Shown here in pieces: positions 54,683 through 64,000 of a stretch of DNA of 64,000 nt. The stretch comes from an uncultured Candidatus Binatia bacterium. GTDB taxonomy: Bacteria > Desulfobacterota > Binatia > Bin18. The stretch is from NCBI GenBank assembly GCA_965220195.1, contig CBDCPK010000005.1, forward strand, positions 899,704 to 963,703. Reading direction: 5' to 3'. A program made the translations under genes and the position numbers. The notes beneath the pieces are model-generated. The model worked only from the letters and a program-made list of their open reading frames with translations, did not search any database and was not told the DNA's origin. Position 1 is the stretch's first letter. The number at the start of each line of letters is the position of its first letter.

Positions 54683-54952
54683 ATGTCGAGACGGCTTAAC
54701 TTTGAAGTGGAAGTTCCGGACGACGTGTGTGTACATCTCCCTCAGGAGGAGTTTGCCGCTAAGGCAAAAGAGGCGCTGGTTATGGAGCTCTTGCGTGAGC
54801 ACCAGATATCGCAAGGCAAGGCCGCAGAGATGCTTGAGATACCGCGCCATGACTTGTTTGACCTGATGACGAGATATCAAGTCTCGGTTCTTGATCTAAC
54901 GCACGAGGAACTCAAGGCTGAACTACAGAAGCCCTTTCCCCGAGCTTCTTAA
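54683..54952 (+). CDS. UPF0175 family antitoxin-like protein
   Basis: 89 aa. ...ALVMELLREHQISQGKAAEMLEIPRHDLFDLM. Followed 10 nt later by a DUF3368 gene. Confidence 0.65.
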   Translation: MSRRLNFEVEVPDDVCVHLPQEEFAAKAKEALVMELLREHQISQGKAAEMLEIPRHDLFDLMTRYQVSVLDLTHEELKAELQKPFPRAS

Positions 54953-54961
54953 GCGTTCTAT

Positions 54962-55444
54962 ATGCAGGTTGTTGCGGATGCCGGTCCTCTTCTCTCATTT
55001 GCCCGCGCCGAGCGTCTAGCCCTCCTCAAATCCGTCACGGGCTCTGTCATTATTCCAACAGCCGTCTACGAAGAGATTGTCGTTAAGGGTGCTGGTAAAC
55101 GTGGCGCGGATGAGGTGGAGCACGCAGACTGGATTGAGCGCCGATCCGTTAGAGATCAGACGTTCGCCGATCGCTTACCCCATAAACTCCATAGTGGAGA
55201 ACGCGAAGCCATCACACTCGCCAGGGAGATTGGCGGGAGCTTGTTAGTTGACGAGTTGGAAGTCAGGAAGGAAGCGCAACGCCTCGGCGTTCACTATTTT
55301 GGCAGTCTTGCCCTGCTTAAAGAAGCAAAGCAGCGTGGGCGCATTCTCGCGGTAAAGCCGGTCCTAGACGAGCTGATTGCAGCCGGCACCTATATTAGCA
55401 AATCGCTCTATCAAGACGTGCTTGAACAGGTTGGGGAGACATAG
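54962..55444 (+). CDS. DUF3368 (PIN-like) domain toxin-like protein
   Basis: MQVVADAGPLLSFARAERLALLK...LVDELEVRKEA is the typical DUF3368 partner of UPF0175. Confidence 0.7.
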   Translation: MQVVADAGPLLSFARAERLALLKSVTGSVIIPTAVYEEIVVKGAGKRGADEVEHADWIERRSVRDQTFADRLPHKLHSGEREAITLAREIGGSLLVDELEVRKEAQRLGVHYFGSLALLKEAKQRGRILAVKPVLDELIAAGTYISKSLYQDVLEQVGET

Positions 55445-55491
55445 CGGGCCGGGTTGGGTGTGGGGTCGGAGAGTACCCACCCCGCCTTCGG

Positions 55492-55514
55492 CACCCCTCC
55501 CAAGAGGGGATGAG
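55492..55514. repeat. C/G-rich hairpin repeat (REP2 family: CACCCCTCCCAAGAGGGGATG...)
   Basis: Between convergent DUF3368 and TauD genes. The same motif occurs at 58711-58734 (thiG-thiE spacer) and, split by the IS, at 52978-52993 plus 54292-54310. Confidence 0.6.
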
Positions 55515-55534
55515 AAGGGTGGGCAAAGATAATA

Positions 55535-56404
55535 TTACAAGGTGGAAGAGCCGGGGCCGGCAAATTCGGACGCCGGGTCGCCGGCGATTCTGGCGTGGTA
55601 CATCACTCGCGCTTCGGTCATGTCCCAGGGACAGGCCTGGTGCAGCAGGCGGCGGTTATCCCACAGCACGGCGTCGCCGGCAGTCCACCGGTGATGATAG
55701 ACGCGTGGCGGCCGGCAGGTATGGTCCACCAGCGCCCGGAGCAAGTGTTCGGATTCGGCCGGGTCCATTCCCGGAATGCCGTAGGCATGACGGCCGATCA
55801 GCAGGGACTTGCGCCCGGTCTCGGGATGCGTTTTCACCAGGGGTCTCAGCGGCGGGTCCTTCACATCCAGACCATAGCCGTTATAGTCGCCGCCTTTTTT
55901 GGCTGCAAACCCGATCTTTTTCTGTGAGTAGCGCAGGGAATGGTAGGCCGACAGGTCGGCGACTTTCTCTTTCATGGCGTCGTCGAGCGCATCATACCCG
56001 GCGCGTAAATCCGCCCAGCCGGTCTCCCCGCGCGCCGCAGGCACGACGTGGGCCGTGAACACCGCGCCCTTGGCCTGCACGGGCATATAGGTACTGTCAC
56101 AATGCCAGCCCATATTCCCTTTGAGCACTTGAATCATCTCGTCGGAATCGTCTTCGACGCGAATGCTGCCGTCTTTTTTGACGTTGCTGATCGGCACCAG
56201 ATCAAACTCCAGCTCACCGAAGCGTTTGGCAAATTCGACCTGCTGGTCGTTGGAGAGATGCTGGTCCGGGAAGATGAGCAGCGCGTACTCAAGCCAGGTG
56301 TCGTACAGCCGGCTGAAGGTTGTCTCGTCAATTTCGGCCAGCTTGAGTCCGGTCACGGTCGCCCCAAAGCTCGCGTCGAGCGGTTTCACATGAAAATCTG
56401 TCAT
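55535..56404 (-). CDS. TauD/TfdA family Fe(II)/2-oxoglutarate-dependent dioxygenase
   Basis: 289 aa with the HxD...H facial triad context (WHCDSTY ... H) and overall TauD-like sequence. Confidence 0.85.
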   Translation of the reverse strand: MTDFHVKPLDASFGATVTGLKLAEIDETTFSRLYDTWLEYALLIFPDQHLSNDQQVEFAKRFGELEFDLVPISNVKKDGSIRVEDDSDEMIQVLKGNMGWHCDSTYMPVQAKGAVFTAHVVPAARGETGWADLRAGYDALDDAMKEKVADLSAYHSLRYSQKKIGFAAKKGGDYNGYGLDVKDPPLRPLVKTHPETGRKSLLIGRHAYGIPGMDPAESEHLLRALVDHTCRPPRVYHHRWTAGDAVLWDNRRLLHQACPWDMTEARVMYHARIAGDPASEFAGPGSSTL

Positions 56405-56687
56405 CGGTCTGCGTCCTCCTCGGTTGCCCCAGCATGACGTGCGGAAGAAAACCTGTCAATCCGTTCCATATGTTGATTGTCCGGCTAATCTCTCCCTTCA
56501 TCAAATTACTGATACGAGGCTGGGTCTTACCAAAGAAGGCCGCGGCCTCAACCTGGGTCCAGTCCCGGTCTTGAATGTATTGCCGTAGGTCGAGCATGAG
56601 GTCGGCGCGGATTTTCAAATTAGCTGCTTCTTCTGCATCAAATCCCAGGTCCTCAAAGACATTGTCTTGGCCTCGTGTGACGCTCAT
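56328..56687 (-). CDS. XRE-family HTH antitoxin-like protein (HigA-type), orphan; C-terminus atypical or degraded
   Basis: N-terminal 70 aa (NVFEDLGFDAEEAANLKIRADLM...TQVEAAAFFGKTQPRISNLMKGEISR) match HigA-like antitoxins. The C-terminal 45 aa do not, and they overlap the TauD gene by 77 bp. Confidence 0.5.
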   Translation of the reverse strand: MSVTRGQDNVFEDLGFDAEEAANLKIRADLMLDLRQYIQDRDWTQVEAAAFFGKTQPRISNLMKGEISRTINIWNGLTGFLPHVMLGQPRRTQTDDRFSCETARRELWGDRDRTQAGRN

Positions 56688-56765
56688 GACCTGACTTCCG
56701 TTTTCGAGCCTTCTGTAAGCCCTTGTTCTTACCAGGCTTACTGTCCACCTGCATGCATGTTCCGG

Positions 56766-57827
56766 TTAGGAAACGCGCGCCCAAATGTCGTCACGGCGAT
56801 GCAGCATACTGGTATGACGGGGACCACGTTCATACACCATAATCCGCATCCCTTGACTCTCGTTCAACGGGAAATAGTGATGCCGGTCACCGGACGGCTC
56901 GACCGCGAGCCCCTTCGCTCCAGGTGGCAGCGGAATCCCATCGCAGGTGACCATGGTAATGCCCTTGGCCGCCATGTGGTCATAGAACGCATCGAGATCG
57001 TCCACTTCAGCAGCCACTTCCATGGCATAGCCATCACCTTTTTCTTTGAGAAGATCCCGCACATACCCGGCTGCCGTCGGCTGAACCAATTGCACCCAAA
57101 CACCATTAGCCTCAATAAACGCGCATTGCATATCACCAAGGTTGTTCGCGCGCCCGTCAAGGCTAAATTCAGCGGGATGGCGCTTGAGTCCCATGACTTC
57201 GGTATAGAATGCTGCCGTCTTCGACAGGTCTTCGGTAAGAATGCACACGCGATCAATGCGCGGACTATGCGGCCTGGGGTTTTCATTCACCCACGCCTCG
57301 TCGCGAATGTTTAAGAGGTTGGTCGCATCGTCCAGCCGCCGCTCGTAGACTTCAATGGTCGTCCCACAACTGATGTCTGCCGGCCAGTAGGCAATGAGCT
57401 GTCCGGTCTCAGCGGTCGCCGCATCCCCACGTACGCTTTCTTGGATTCTTCCACCATCTTTGAGTGGAGAGCCGTCCATGCTGAGCATCTGAATGCCTTT
57501 CGCGTCCATCTCCTCAAGCACCCTTCGATAGTCCGCATCAACCGCTTCAAAATTAACCTCGACAATGGCGCCCTCACCGACCTCTTCCAATATGTCCATG
57601 CCGGGTCCGGGGGATGTTGGTAAAACCAACTCCAACCACAAGCCACCACCATGAACGAAGACCGCTTTCATGCCGCCTGTTGTTTCGTCTTCTGCGCTGA
57701 CATCAACCTCCATGGGGTGGCGCTTCCAGCCAACCGTCTCGGTCAGGAACGCAGCCGTTTTATCGATGTCTTCTACCCAGACTGCTAGATGATCGAGTCG
57801 CAATTTTGGCTTTCCCCGCTCGTTCGG
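56766..57827 (-). CDS. VOC (glyoxalase/bleomycin-resistance/dioxygenase) family protein with repeated VOC modules
   Basis: Likely start at MPNERGKPKLRLDHLAVWVEDIDKTAAFLTE. Two LDHLA/IDRVCILTEDL-type beta-alpha-beta-beta-beta modules. Confidence 0.7.
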   Translation of the reverse strand, partial: PNERGKPKLRLDHLAVWVEDIDKTAAFLTETVGWKRHPMEVDVSAEDETTGGMKAVFVHGGGLWLELVLPTSPGPGMDILEEVGEGAIVEVNFEAVDADYRRVLEEMDAKGIQMLSMDGSPLKDGGRIQESVRGDAATAETGQLIAYWPADISCGTTIEVYERRLDDATNLLNIRDEAWVNENPRPHSPRIDRVCILTEDLSKTAAFYTEVMGLKRHPAEFSLDGRANNLGDMQCAFIEANGVWVQLVQPTAAGYVRDLLKEKGDGYAMEVAAEVDDLDAFYDHMAAKGITMVTCDGIPLPPGAKGLAVEPSGDRHHYFPLNESQGMRIMVYERGPRHTSMLHRRDDIWARVS

Positions 57828-57895
57828 CATAACCTCCTCCTGGCACGTGAACAACACTGCAAAAAAATGAATCAAATCAGAAGAAGCTTAGCAAG

Positions 57896-57920
57896 AAAAA
57901 GCCCTTGCAAACACAAGGGC
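57896..57920 (-). terminator. intrinsic terminator downstream of tRNA-Thr (minus strand)
   Basis: Minus-strand hairpin GCCCTTG-tgttt-GCAAGGGC followed by TTTTT, immediately 3' of the tRNA. Confidence 0.5.
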
Positions 57921-57928
57921 TTGGGCAG

Positions 57929-58001
<73 letters not shown>

Positions 58002-58059
58002 GCGTGTTCTGGCGGGGATTCTACCAGTGAGGCGAACTGCGGGGCAAGCCCGATGCGCT

Positions 58060-58671
58060 TCAGTCAAGCTCCCGCAATAACTCGCGCGCGGCCTGAGCCG
58101 GGTCGGTTGCCGCACTGATGGCCGAAATCATGGCAATCCCATGCGCGCCGGTCTCCAGTACTTCAGCCACACGCTCGGTCTTGATACCGCCAATCGCAAA
58201 AATCGGCACCGCACTGTAGGCAACCGCTGTGCGCAGGCGGTCGAGCCCCAGGGGCTCGCCATAGGCGGCTTTTGAGGGCGTGTAATAGACCGGGCCGAAG
58301 ACCATGAAATCGGCCCCCTGGGCCGCGGTGATTTCGTGCCGGGAATGGGTTGAAACGCCGATGAGTTTCCCGGCTCCCAGCAGACGGCGCGCGTCTTCGA
58401 CCACAAAGGAGTGCTGTCCGAGATGGACGCCGTCGGCCTCAACCGCCAGGGCGACGTCCAGGCGGTCGTTGACCAACAGGTGCGCCTGATAGCGCAGGGT
58501 CAACGCCCGAAGCTGCTCGGCCAATGCGTACAGCTCGCGGCCTTCGAGGTCTTTTTCCCGGAGTTGAACGGCCCGCACCCCGCCGTCGAGAGCGGCGTGC
58601 ACGACGTCGGTAAGGGGCCGGCTGGCGGTCTGGGTGCGGTCGGTGACGAAATACAGGCGAAAGTTGAGCAT
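58060..58671 (-). CDS. thiE: thiamine-phosphate synthase
   Basis: Starts at MLNFRLYFVTDR and has the typical ThiE ...GVHLGQ... / ...FGPVYYT... motifs. Confidence 0.85.
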   Translation of the reverse strand: MLNFRLYFVTDRTQTASRPLTDVVHAALDGGVRAVQLREKDLEGRELYALAEQLRALTLRYQAHLLVNDRLDVALAVEADGVHLGQHSFVVEDARRLLGAGKLIGVSTHSRHEITAAQGADFMVFGPVYYTPSKAAYGEPLGLDRLRTAVAYSAVPIFAIGGIKTERVAEVLETGAHGIAMISAISAATDPAQAARELLRELD

Positions 58672-58710
58672 CGGTCGGACGGCCTGGGGAAACCCACCCC
58701 AGCCTTCGGC

Positions 58711-58734
58711 CACCCCTCCCAGGAGGGGATGGGG
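58711..58734. repeat. C/G-rich hairpin repeat (REP2 family copy)
   Basis: CACCCCTCCCAGGAGGGGATGGGG, preceded by CCCACCCCAGCCTTCGGC as in the 55470-55514 copy. Confidence 0.6.
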
Positions 58735-58741
58735 TGATTGG

Positions 58742-59524
58742 CTAGGCGATCATTCCGTCGAGCGGGCTGGAGGCGGTGGCGTACAGCTTTTTACCCATGC
58801 GCCCGGCCAGATAGGCCTTGCGCCCGGCTTCCACCCCCTGGCGCATGGCATCCGCCATGAGAATGGGATCTTTTGCCGCGGCAATGGCCGTGTTCATCAG
58901 TACCGCGTCACAGCCCATCTCCAGGGCAACCGCGGCGTCCGAGGCCGTGCCCACCCCGGCGTCAACAATCACCGGTACGCTGCTGTGTTCGAGGATGATA
59001 CGAATATTATACGGATTGCGGATGCCGAGCCCGGAACCGATGGGGGCGGCCAGCGGCATGACCGCGGCGCAACCCATGTCTTCGAGCTTTTGACAGGAGA
59101 TCGGGTCGTCATGAATATAGGGCAGGACAATAAAGCCGTCGTCAACCAGGGTCTGAGCCGCCTCAAGCGTACCCGGAATATCGGGGAAGAGGGTCTTGTC
59201 ATCGCCAATGACTTCCAGCTTGATCATATTACCCACCCCGGCCTCGCGGGCCAGGCGGCAGGTCCGCACCGCGTCGGCGGCGTTATAGCAGCCGGCCGTG
59301 TTGGGTAGGATGGTGTAGTGCTTGGGGTCAATATAGTCGAGCAGATTTTCCTGGTTGGGGTCGGTGATATTCACGCGGCGGACCGCAACCGTCACAATTT
59401 CGGCCCCCGAGGCCTCAATCGCCCGTTTGGTTTCCGCAAAATCCTTATACTTGCCCGTGCCAACAATAAGCCTGGAATGATATTCCTTGCCTGCGAGTAC
59501 AAAGGGGTCTTTGGGGCCTTGCAT
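58742..59524 (-). CDS. thiG: thiazole synthase
   Basis: 260 aa. ...LLPNTAGC... and the ...VMPL(A/G)APIGSG... motif are diagnostic of ThiG. Confidence 0.9.
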   Translation of the reverse strand: MQGPKDPFVLAGKEYHSRLIVGTGKYKDFAETKRAIEASGAEIVTVAVRRVNITDPNQENLLDYIDPKHYTILPNTAGCYNAADAVRTCRLAREAGVGNMIKLEVIGDDKTLFPDIPGTLEAAQTLVDDGFIVLPYIHDDPISCQKLEDMGCAAVMPLAAPIGSGLGIRNPYNIRIILEHSSVPVIVDAGVGTASDAAVALEMGCDAVLMNTAIAAAKDPILMADAMRQGVEAGRKAYLAGRMGKKLYATASSPLDGMIA

Positions 59525-59559
59525 GGCGTCCTCACTGTGTTGATCTGTGCGCGCTCTGG

Positions 59560-59763
59560 CTAGCAGCCTCCGCCAACGAAGTGTACGATTTCAACCTCAT
59601 CGTCCGCCTTCAGTGCGCAGTTGGCGTATTCGTCATGGGGAATGATATCCCGGTTGACCTCAACCGCAATCCGCTTATTTCCAAGGCCGAGTTCTTCGAC
59701 TAAGGCTGCGATAGTGATACCCTCTCGGCACTCCCGCACATCGCCGTTGAGCCGCAATGTCAT
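59560..59763 (-). CDS. thiS: sulfur carrier protein ThiS
   Basis: Starts at [10 protein letters not shown] 66-67 aa beta-grasp with the Gly-Gly near the C-terminus (…FVGGGC). Lies upstream of thiG. Confidence 0.7.
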   Translation of the reverse strand: MTLRLNGDVRECREGITIAALVEELGLGNKRIAVEVNRDIIPHDEYANCALKADDEVEIVHFVGGGC

Positions 59764-59889
59764 CGCGGCCCACCATATGCCGACGGGTTTCCCTTTACAA
59801 CCCAGGAGGCTTCTGGTATTCCCCTGTCTGCCCATCCAGGCATATCTAGATGGACGTCTTTCCAACCCGTTATCATCAAGGAGTACCCC

Positions 59890-61476
59890 ATGGCTACTGT
59901 CACCCGCGCCCTGATTAGCGTGAGCGACAAACGTGGCATTGTTGATCTGGCCCGTGGCCTGGCCGAGCTTGGTATCGAAATTCTCTCAACCGGCGGTACG
60001 GCCAAAGCGCTGACCGCAGCCGGCGTTGCGGTGACTCCGGTTGAAGACTTTACCGGCTTTCCCGAAATGCTCGACGGCCGGGTGAAGACCCTGCACCCCC
60101 GCATCCACGCCGGGATTCTGCACCGCCGGAGCGACCCCAGCCATCTCCAGGCCATGACTGAGCATGACCTCAAAGCCATTGATCTGGTGGTGGTCAACCT
60201 CTACCCGTTCGAACAAACCGTGGCTAGGCCGGACTGCCGCTTTGCCGACGCGATTGAAAACATCGATATCGGCGGGCCGTCTCTCTTGCGCGCTTCAGCC
60301 AAGAATCACGCCGACGTGGGCGTCGTTGTTGACCCGGACGATTATCCGGCCATTCTGACCGCGCTCACACGGGACGGCACCCTGTCGGCCGAGTACAAGC
60401 TCGCCCTGGCCAAGAAAGCCTTCCAGCTCACCGCTCGCTACGATGGCGCCATTGCCGATTACCTGGGCAGCTTCGACGGAGAAGAGCGTCGGCCTTTTGG
60501 CGACACCCTGCATCTGCAATACACCAAGGCCCAGGACCTCCGCTACGGAGAAAACCCGCACCAGTCTGCGGCCTTTTACCGCAGCCCGGTCGTCCGGGAA
60601 GCCTGCATTGCCAACGCCAGACAGCTCCAGGGCAAGGCACTGTCGTATAATAATATTGTGGATGCCAATGCCGCGTTTGCCCTGCTCCAGGAGTTTGATG
60701 AAATTGCCACGGTGGCCATCAAGCATACCAACCCGTGTGGCGCGGCCACCTCGACGGATTCTCTGGCCGACGCCTTTCGGAAGACGCGTGCCTGCGATCC
60801 GATTTCCATTTTTGGTGGGATTGTTGGTTTGAATCGTGAGGTCGATGCGGCGACCGCCCAGGAAATCCTGAACCTGTACGAACAGGGCTTTCTTGAGATT
60901 GTGCTCGCCCCCGGCTATGCGGCCCCGGCCCTGGAGATGCTGGCCTCGTCCAAGCGCCTCCAGAACATCCGCTTGCTGGAAATCCCGGAGATCGTCGACG
61001 CGCAGCCGGCCCGCTACGAGGCCAAACCGATTGCCGGCGGCCTGCTGTATCAGGAACGCGATACCGGCCAAGTCAATGTGCAAGACTGCGAGGTCGTGAC
61101 CAAGCGTCGGCCGACCGACGCGGAGTACCAGGCATTGGCCTTTGCCTGGCGGGTATGCAAACACGTCAAGTCCAACGCCATTGTGCTGACCTCAAGCGAT
61201 CAGGTTGTTGGTGTGGGCGCCGGTCAGATGAGCCGGGTTGACTCTGCCAAGATCGCCGTCTCCCGGGCACACGACCTCGGGCTGGACACCCACGGCAGCG
61301 TGGTCGGCTCGGACGCGTTTTTCCCCTTTCGCGACGGGCTCGACGTGGTGGCTCAGGCCGGCGCAACCGCCGCGATTCAGCCCGGCGGCAGCCTGCGCGA
61401 CAAGGATGTTATCGCGGCTGCGGATGAGCACGGCATGGCCATGCTTGTCACCGGCATGCGGCATTTTCGGCATTAG
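59890..61476 (+). CDS. purH: bifunctional AICAR transformylase / IMP cyclohydrolase
   Basis: 528 aa. MGS-like N-terminus [18 protein letters not shown]...STGGTAKAL and the AICARFT C-terminal domain. Confidence 0.9.
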   Translation: MATVTRALISVSDKRGIVDLARGLAELGIEILSTGGTAKALTAAGVAVTPVEDFTGFPEMLDGRVKTLHPRIHAGILHRRSDPSHLQAMTEHDLKAIDLVVVNLYPFEQTVARPDCRFADAIENIDIGGPSLLRASAKNHADVGVVVDPDDYPAILTALTRDGTLSAEYKLALAKKAFQLTARYDGAIADYLGSFDGEERRPFGDTLHLQYTKAQDLRYGENPHQSAAFYRSPVVREACIANARQLQGKALSYNNIVDANAAFALLQEFDEIATVAIKHTNPCGAATSTDSLADAFRKTRACDPISIFGGIVGLNREVDAATAQEILNLYEQGFLEIVLAPGYAAPALEMLASSKRLQNIRLLEIPEIVDAQPARYEAKPIAGGLLYQERDTGQVNVQDCEVVTKRRPTDAEYQALAFAWRVCKHVKSNAIVLTSSDQVVGVGAGQMSRVDSAKIAVSRAHDLGLDTHGSVVGSDAFFPFRDGLDVVAQAGATAAIQPGGSLRDKDVIAAADEHGMAMLVTGMRHFRH

Positions 61477-61495
61477 CCATGATTCGGCGTTAGCA

Positions 61496-62767
61496 ATGAA
61501 AATATTGGTGATCGGCAGCGGCGGCCGGGAACACGCCCTGGTGTGGAAAATTCGCCAGAGTCCGCGCGTCTCAAAAATCTACTGTGCGCCGGGCAACGCC
61601 GGGATTGCAGATCACGCCGAGCCGGTTGCGCTGGCCACGGACGACGTCGATGGGCTGTGCGCGTTTGCGGAAAAAGAACGGATAGGGCTGACGATTGTCG
61701 GTCCTGAGTTGCCGCTGAGTCTCGGGATCGTCGATCTGTTTGAGTCGCGGGGTCTGCGCGTGTTTGGCCCGAACCGGGCTGCGGCCCAACTCGAAGGCAG
61801 TAAAGCCTTTACCAAAGAACTCTTGCAGCAGCAGGGCGTGCCCACCGCCGCCTTTGGCGTGTTTCACGACCCGGACGAAGCCAGCCGCTATATCGAAAAG
61901 GTCGGGGCGCCGATTGTGGTCAAAGCCGACGGACTGGCCGCGGGGAAAGGCGTCCTGTTGTGCGCCACCCAGGCCGAAGCCCAGGCCGCAATCACCACCA
62001 TTATGCGCGAGCGTCAGTTTGGCGCAGCGGGCGACCAGGTGGTGGTTGAAGAGTTTTTGCGCGGCGAAGAGGCTTCGTTTCTGGCGTTGACAGACGGAAG
62101 CCATATCCTGCCCCTGGCTTCTTCTCAGGATCATAAGCAAGTCTTTGACGGCGACCAAGGGCCGAATACCGGTGGGATGGGAGCCTACTCGCCGGCGCCG
62201 GTCGTCACCCCGGCGCTGACCGATCAGGTTGTGCAGGGCATTCTCACTCCGGTTGTCCAGGGGCTCAGACAACGCAACATTGTATATAAAGGTGTCCTGT
62301 ACGCCGGGCTGATGATCCACCACGGTCAGGCAAAAGTCCTTGAATTCAACGTCCGCTTTGGTGACCCGGAATGTCAGCCGCTCATGCTGCGCCTCAAGTC
62401 AGACCTCGTCGAGGTCATGCAGGCCGTGATTAATGAGCGTCTCGACCAGGTGAGCCTCGACTGGGATGACCGCGCTGCGGTGTGTGTCGTGCTCACGGCC
62501 GAGGGCTATCCGGGCAGCTATGAGAAGGGGCGGGCAATTGCCGGGCTGGAGCAATTCGCGGACTGGCAGGACGGGGCGATTTTTCATGCCGGCACAAAGC
62601 GGCAGGCAGACGCACTGGTCACCAGTGGGGGCCGCGTGCTGGGTGTGACCGCGACCGGGACGGATATTCGTCAGGCCATTGTGACAACCTATCAGGCGGT
62701 GCAACGCATATCGTGGCCGGGCATGCACTATCGGCGGGATATCGGCCAGCGGGCACTGGCAGGCTAA
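61496..62767 (+). CDS. purD: phosphoribosylamine--glycine ligase
   Basis: True start at MKILVIGSGGREHAL (ATG at 61496). The ORF-track N-terminal extension overlaps purH in another frame. ATP-grasp motifs are present. Confidence 0.9.
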   Translation: MKILVIGSGGREHALVWKIRQSPRVSKIYCAPGNAGIADHAEPVALATDDVDGLCAFAEKERIGLTIVGPELPLSLGIVDLFESRGLRVFGPNRAAAQLEGSKAFTKELLQQQGVPTAAFGVFHDPDEASRYIEKVGAPIVVKADGLAAGKGVLLCATQAEAQAAITTIMRERQFGAAGDQVVVEEFLRGEEASFLALTDGSHILPLASSQDHKQVFDGDQGPNTGGMGAYSPAPVVTPALTDQVVQGILTPVVQGLRQRNIVYKGVLYAGLMIHHGQAKVLEFNVRFGDPECQPLMLRLKSDLVEVMQAVINERLDQVSLDWDDRAAVCVVLTAEGYPGSYEKGRAIAGLEQFADWQDGAIFHAGTKRQADALVTSGGRVLGVTATGTDIRQAIVTTYQAVQRISWPGMHYRRDIGQRALAG

Positions 62768-62880
62768 AACCGAAGGTCCCCCCCTTCTTTCAGGGGGAAG
62801 CCCGAAGGGCAGGGGGCAAACTAGAGATCCCCCCTTTTTTTCAGGGGGAAGCCCGAAGGGCAGGGGGCAAAAGAACCATG
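62768..62880. repeat. two tandem copies of a 54-55-bp unit (TCCCCCCxTTCTTTCAGGGGGAAGCCCGAAGGGCAGGGGGCAAA), each with two short hairpins
   Basis: The two units are near-identical on direct reading, at 62775-62826 and 62829-62880. Confidence 0.7.
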
Positions 62881-64000
62881 GCACAGATTCGTCCCTTTCG
62901 CGCGTTGCGCTACAATCCGACAGTGGTTGGCGATTTGAAAAACGTCGTCTCCCCGCCGTACGACGTGATCAGTCCGGAACAACAAACGCTCCTCCACCTT
63001 CAGAGTCCGTATAATGCTACCCATCTCGATTTCAATACGGCAGACGACCCCTATACGACAGCGGCCCGGACTTTCCAGGATTGGCTGTCCCAGCAGGTTG
63101 TACAGCCCGACCCGGAGCCCGGCTTCTACTGCTACACGCAGGAGTACACGCTCCAGGACGGCCAGCCACGTCGCCGGACCGGTATTTTTGCCGCGCTACG
63201 GGTTGAGGATTTCGAGTCCGGGGTCATTCGCCCGCACGAGCGTACCTTTGAGCGGGCCAAAAAAGATCGCCTCGCCCTGCTGCGTGCCTGCCGGGCGCAC
63301 CTGAGTTCGATCTTCTGTCTATACGCCGGCTCAGGCTGGTCGCTCGAACACACGCTCCGGGATGCGCTCGCCCGGCCGGCTGCGGTTGAGGTCGCAGACG
63401 ACGCAGGTGTCACTCATCGGCTGTGGCCCATTCAGGATCCGGCAAGCATTGCGGACATTACGGCTCGGCTCTCTGACAAATCGCTGATTATCGCCGACGG
63501 TCATCACCGCTATGAAACCGCGCTGCAATACAGCCGCGAGCGGACGGCGGAAACCGGCGCCGGCGAAGCCAAGCCCTTTCAGTACGTCTTGGCGTATCTG
63601 ACCAGTGCCGAGGATAGCGGCCTGACTATCCTCCCAACCCATCGGCTCATCCGGCAGACCCGTCTGCCCAGTCCGACCAGCCTGCAAGCCGTTCTCAAGC
63701 GCGACTTTCGACTGGCCCGCTATGCGCCGGCCCATCGTCAGGCGTTTCTCGACGCCCTTTCGGCTCCCGGCCCGGAGCGCCGCATTGGATGCGTCATGGC
63801 CGGAGCCGAGCATGACTGGCTGTTATCCTTTGATGACCGCGTGACGCACGGCCTGCCCGCCTCGTCCGCCATGCGGGCGCTGGATGTCACCGTGTTGCAC
63901 GATGTGCTGTTCGAGCGTTTTCTGGGCCTACCGCCTGATGTCCAAAAGCAGGCCGTCTCGTATACGAGCGATACTGACGAGGCGCTGCAACGTGTGACCG
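62878..64000 (+). CDS. DUF1015 family protein (partial; runs off window end)
   Basis: MAQIRPFRALRYNPTVVGDLKNVVSPPYDVIS... is the hallmark DUF1015 N-terminus. Open to position 64000, so it is absent from the ORF track. Confidence 0.7.
   Translation, partial: MAQIRPFRALRYNPTVVGDLKNVVSPPYDVISPEQQTLLHLQSPYNATHLDFNTADDPYTTAARTFQDWLSQQVVQPDPEPGFYCYTQEYTLQDGQPRRRTGIFAALRVEDFESGVIRPHERTFERAKKDRLALLRACRAHLSSIFCLYAGSGWSLEHTLRDALARPAAVEVADDAGVTHRLWPIQDPASIADITARLSDKSLIIADGHHRYETALQYSRERTAETGAGEAKPFQYVLAYLTSAEDSGLTILPTHRLIRQTRLPSPTSLQAVLKRDFRLARYAPAHRQAFLDALSAPGPERRIGCVMAGAEHDWLLSFDDRVTHGLPASSAMRALDVTVLHDVLFERFLGLPPDVQKQAVSYTSDTDEALQRVT

Noticed and set aside
61238-61495. N-terminal 86-residue extension of purD overlapping purH
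   Set aside because: The extension is Pro/Ser/Trp-rich junk in a different frame from purH. The canonical PurD N-terminus MKILVIGSGGREHAL begins at the ATG at 61496.
62768-62880. CRISPR array
   Set aside because: There are only two directly abutting repeat units and no intervening unique spacers. No cas genes anywhere in the window.

Overview
High-GC, densely coding bacterial chromosomal segment of about 60 genes. No rRNA or CRISPR array; one tRNA.

(1) 1-12.7 kb, mostly minus strand: a partial alpha/beta hydrolase that the ORF track misses, then a xanthine-dehydrogenase-family molybdenum hydroxylase cluster. Its order is CoxL-like, MoaD/ThiS-like, second CoxL-like, 2Fe-2S subunit, FAD subunit, MocA-like cytidylyltransferase and XdhC-like maturation factor. 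An LLM flavin oxidoreductase follows on the minus strand, then a lipoate-protein-ligase-like gene and a HEAT-repeat protein on the plus strand.

(2) 12.7-20.9 kb: three tandem paralogous MMPL/RND transporter genes of about 840 aa each. An IS5-family transposase remnant sits between copies 1 and 2, and a truncated SDR stub abuts copy 3.

(3) 21-43 kb: mixed metabolic genes. These are an HxlR regulator, an SDR, an isocitrate lyase/PEP mutase family gene with a 578-aa partner of unknown function, a CDO-like cupin, CoA-transferase A and B, an MsnO8-like LLM, an HSL-type esterase, a HAD hydrolase, a class V aminotransferase, a gamma-carbonic anhydrase, a VWA protein, a beta-helix protein, a tandem-EthD protein, an amidohydrolase, a Baeyer-Villiger monooxygenase and a cupin with a histone-like tail.

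(4) 43-58 kb: a probable genomic island beside tRNA-Thr(CGU). It holds a cysteine desulfurase divergent from an operon of a DUF4007-like protein plus a 1128-aa P-loop NTPase, a methyltransferase-like gene, a TacA/TacT toxin-antitoxin pair, two UPF0175 modules (one with a DUF3368 PIN-like partner), an orphan XRE antitoxin-like gene, and an intact IS4-family insertion sequence (IS) with 11-bp target duplications. The defence-like cassette resembles Dnd/Ssp phosphorothioation loci in arrangement but lacks a DndC/SspD-type PP-loop gene, so it is a candidate uncharacterised system.

(5) 58-64 kb: thiS-thiG-thiE, purH, purD and a partial DUF1015 gene.

Overlaid on all of this are eight copies of a 51-54-bp palindromic MITE/REP-like element. 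Two copies lie in-frame inside coding sequences and several supply stop codons or C-termini. A second family of C/G-rich hairpin repeats is also present, and the IS sits inside one of its copies.
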